A DNA stretch of 62,551 nt, the filler included, from Choristocarpus tenellus KU-1152 (taxonomy: Eukaryota > Protista > Phaeophyceae), in the NCBI GenBank assembly GCA_964200185.2. It is 8 parts of 8 records of this genome, joined end to end, with 100 filler letters (N's around TTAATTAATTAA, not from the genome) between each part and the next. Parts side by side here need not be neighbours in the genome. Positions count along the whole stretch, not along the records: positions 47,361 to 59,169 come from CAXNAD020002128.1; positions 59,270 to 62,551 come from CAXNAD020021063.1; 6 more parts are not named here. One strand, written 5' to 3'. A program made the position numbers and the translations under genes. Positions 58,675 through 62,551 of this stretch are shown here, piece after piece (positions within the stretch are counted from its first letter, which is position 1; each line of letters begins with the position of its first letter). The notes under the pieces were generated by a model that was given only the letters and a program-made list of their open reading frames with translations, made no database searches and was not told the origin of the DNA.

Positions 58675-59160
58675 GTTGAAGGAGGAGGGGATAGGGTTGT
58701 GGAGGTGATGGAGGAAGATGACGGTGCATGAGATAGGCAGGGGCAAGGAACAAATATAAGTGGAGGGCTTAACCCGGCTCCAGGAATAGATACCCGGCTC
58801 TCGATTTCGCAGAACAGAGAAGGAGGGACAGAGAACAGAATGGGCCCACATGGGGACGAGGTGGAGGTGATCGAGGATGGGAATGGCGCCTCACGAGATA
58901 GGCATGGGCAAGGGGGAAACATAAGCAGAGCACATCACTCCTCTTCGGGAATAGGCAGACATTTTTCGTCTCTGCAGGATGGCGAAGCTCGGACGGAAAA
59001 CTGAACGAGCATACAGGGGGATGGGGCTAGAGAGGTGGTAGAGACACACGACGATGGTAGCAAGGAGAGGGAACCGCTCTACACGGCTATGAGGAGGAGG
59101 CAGGAGAGGAGGCGATAGGGGCTTCGAAGGCCAGCCTCCCCCACCAGGGACCCCAACCCA
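58675..59160 (+). pseudogene. Degenerate Gly/Glu/Arg-rich coding relic with an internal repeat
   Basis: Repeat units VEVMEEDDGA*DRQGQG and VEVIEDGNGASRDRHGQG. The TGA in unit 1 corresponds to CGA in unit 2. Confidence 0.35.
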
Positions 59161-62100
59161 CGCCCATCCNNNNNNNNNNNNNNNNNNNNNNNNNNNNNNN
59201 NNNNNNNNNNNNNTTAATTAATTAANNNNNNNNNNNNNNNNNNNNNNNNNNNNNNNNNNNNNNNNNNNNCCCCGCACAAACCACCCCTCCCACCCCAGAT
59301 ACTTTGACCCCCAAGAGAGAGGTCTATCTAGACTATTGAATACATAAGCTTCAAGAATCCCCTTATTGGCATCCAATTTCTCATGATGAATGACATGTCG
59401 CTAACGGCTTTAGATGGCTGTGGCTGGAGAAGAGCTGAAAATTCTTCCACGTAACCACAAAATTTCCCACTAGAGTGCTAGAAGCACACGTACTATTAAC
59501 AGAAGGTAGTCGCAGGGTCCCAAATGCTCCATGATGTTCCCCTTAAAGATAAGGTGACTCTTAAAACATTATGTTACAAACTAGTCCATAAATTATGTCA
59601 GTGAAACTATCTTAGAGGGTACGAATTTTTCCCTGTTTGTCCATTTGTGGGGCTTGGCTTCCCATGACTTTTTTTTTATGACATTTTCCGACTCCAAAAT
59701 GTTTCGGAGTAGGTAAAATGTATACGTTATGAAAGGTGTGTGTCCGAAACATAGATATTGACACTTCCTAACAAACACGATAGCCAAAACTTCATCAAAA
59801 TCACAACATTATGTTTTGACCCCCAAATAGACGCGGCTCTTCCCTCTAAGATACTTTGGCTCATGTCGATGATATACTTGATACTGTGGAGTTACTGACA
59901 ATTGAGGCAGCAATACTACATCTCCAAAATTACAACTATTATTGTATTTAAATGAAGAATGCGCATAGTATGTCTTCATTCCGAGCAAACATAAGAAACA
60001 CCCCAAACTTACAGGCTACCAGGTGTGGTACTCTGTTCATCTGCCACTCCTTGCTGCCATCTTCTAACATTTACAGCCCATCTGACATTTTCTAAATAAC
60101 AGACATGATGATGTTCTTTTTTTTTTTAGTGTTGAAAGAATAATATTTTCACACTACACTGTACAACTATGTTCTATTCTTATTATTGTTCTCATCCTCC
60201 TCATTGACTTGGGAAGTTGAAAGTTGTCATGATCACCAAATAATGAGTTTTCAAGATGTGTCATACGAGTTCACGTGTGGGTTGCCATCCATCATCGATA
60301 CTGGTGTGTTCAGTCATGGTTCACCACTTCCTCGCCAAAACAAGAGATCCTTGTCGTGCCATTCAATCGAATAGAATGGATAGCGTTACTTCGCTTGTTG
60401 CCAAGTACATCCGACAAGCGCAGATAGGCTTTTCGTGGGCTTGGCTGGTGAGACTATTCATTAATTATTTTATTTGTGGCTGTTCCCCTTCAATTAACCT
60501 TCTTCCAGTATTTACTCTGTATTGGAACGCTGTAATAAACCATGAAGACAGGCACTGCTCATGCCTCCTCTTCCATCCCTTTCCCTAGGACCCTCATCAC
60601 CATTCGGTGCAATCAAACCTTACAATATGTGTGTACTCTATGGAGAGCTTGACAGTGGGAACTAGCAATCGACTAAGGTGCCGAGCAAGGGTTACGGTAC
60701 ATCCAATAACCCTTGCTCTCGTCATGACAGAACAGCAGGGCCAACAAGAGGGTGGACATGAGGCAATAGGCTCTTCACTTCTGTCCCCATTCTAAATCAT
60801 TGACTCTCTCCTCAGCAGCTTCCGTAGTCACCAACATCCACCACCCGGCTGAAGGGACACCTTCCCTCTTTGAGGTAAGCAAATTCAAAGTCCTCTTCAT
60901 GGGAAAATCGCCCACATGGTCGGGAGAGGACTATTGGGATCTCCGGCATCATATTCTTGTAGAATCTGCAGTGGTAGTTGGAGTCAGCCACCAGAGTGCA
61001 TGGAATGAGGAGGGTATGCGATGTGATGGTGTATGTCTCATACAGGATACCAAAAGTGTCTACCTTGGAAAATGGGTTAAGGATTGGCAGCAGAGAGAGA
61101 TTGTAAGTACTGGATGCGGGGATAGGGAAATAGTAAATCTCAGGTACCTTCCACGATGGCCGTTGATGCCAGCCTGGACGAAGAATACATCCTCTCTCCT
61201 TAGATTGAGCAAGCATGTTTCATCTGCAACCACATTTGTGTATCGGTTGGAATCCTGTGAGTAGTGGGAAGGAGTGGGTGGATCATGGTTAGATTGGGGT
61301 GGGGAATGAGAAGGAAGGGGGAGAGATGTCAGTGGTTCAGATAAATTAGATCGTGTATGCCGACTCTATGATATAGGTTGGGGGTAGATGCCATACAGGT
61401 GTATATGCAGATATTTTGAGACACTGTGAGACGGACTAGAACTACCGAAGCCCCCAATGGATCAAGGGAAGATAGGAACGTATAATGCTTAAGAGGTGGT
61501 ATTGTTTCATGCTGACTTCTTGCATCACCTTCGAACAACTACTACCCTACTCCCTTCCAATGTCGATACCCACTTTTTAGGGTAGCAACAAGTTAACGTT
61601 ACAGTCCAAAAAGACCTCACTACCTCCAAAGTGCAACACATTGCCCAAGGCCTGCAAAAAGAAGGGAAAGAAAAGTTATTGTGATTTCTGGTTCTCCTTA
61701 AAAGATGCAGTCAAGAAGAGTGACATGCATGTGTGTAGGAGGGCTACTTTTTGACCTTGCACGAGACTGTGGTTGAATCGGGAGAGAAGAAATGGTAAAC
61801 CTTTCAATCCAAACATCCATCCCATAACTAAATCTTCTTTGACATTTCATTGGCATTCTCACCTCCTGGGCCTCAAGGGCAACATTGATGCAGTGGTTGA
61901 ACAGCTCATCCCCTCCGAGGTCACCCTCCTCCAGCCCATCATCAATCCCAATGGTCATGATATTGGCATCTCCCTCTTTTGCTTCTCGCCACTGGATTGT
62001 GGCATGGAACAAACGATTAGTGAAGGCACTACGATACCAGGCAAAAACGCGGCATGACGGATCGAGTTAACCTGTGGGTGGCAAGCATGGGAGCTTTCAT

Positions 62101-62551
62101 CCTCTTCAACTTATGCATGTGCATATTTTGCGTGGGTATGAGTGTGAGTGGGGGAATGTATATGCATACAAAGTAGATGCGCAGTACAACAATCTCAGTT
62201 ATAGGTAAATATACATCATATAATATATCTAATGAGAGATGAAATGATGCTGCATTTCCCAGTTCATCATCTGCGTTTCAAGACTCATGTTATGCAACCA
62301 GGTTCAAGTCTTTTTGTCGGCTAGCTCAACACTTCCTCTTCTGTTCTTTCCATGAACAGAACAGGAATATGGCTCCCTTCTTTGCTTTGACTGCAGCAGC
62401 ATGCTCATTTTTTAAAATGGCCATTCCTACCGTATTGTGTTTTTTTATGAAGTGAAAAAAGGATCAAAGTACCTGGGGAAGGGGTGGAGGGGGGGGGGGG
62501 GTATATCCCAGGGTGTCCATGCGGACCCTGACTAGGGAAAGTGCACTTATT

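Overview
Eukaryotic, intron-rich and repeat-rich DNA. It is not one continuous locus: eight contigs are joined by artificial 100-nt linkers (N44-TTAATTAATTAA-N44). Gene content, intron style, (TTAGGG)n tracts and retroelement types suggest a stramenopile, probably a brown alga (inference). Genes rebuilt by hand from phase-consistent exons: TRPC4AP/TRUSS (minus, 6 exons, 3'-truncated) head-to-head with a UPF0739/C1orf74-like gene; the 3' end of an unknown gene; 7 internal exons of MCM9 (one GC-AG intron); 3 exons of TUBGCP6/GCP6; the last 2 exons of a SthA-like flavoprotein; an unknown low-complexity protein; and a complete 5-exon bestrophin-like (UPF0187) channel. The rest is mostly TE debris: RTE-like LINE, CRE-like RLE retrotransposons with a conserved 3' stem-loop, Sola-like MITE families with a possible transposase relic, and weaker Helitron, Copia and Penelope remnants. 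I see no clear new multi-gene system. The best leads are Jupiter/SPIRAL1-like PGG repeats inside GCP6, AG|GT recursive-splice-like exon starts, and the CRE and Sola element families. All family assignments come from recalled sequence motifs; no database searches were run.
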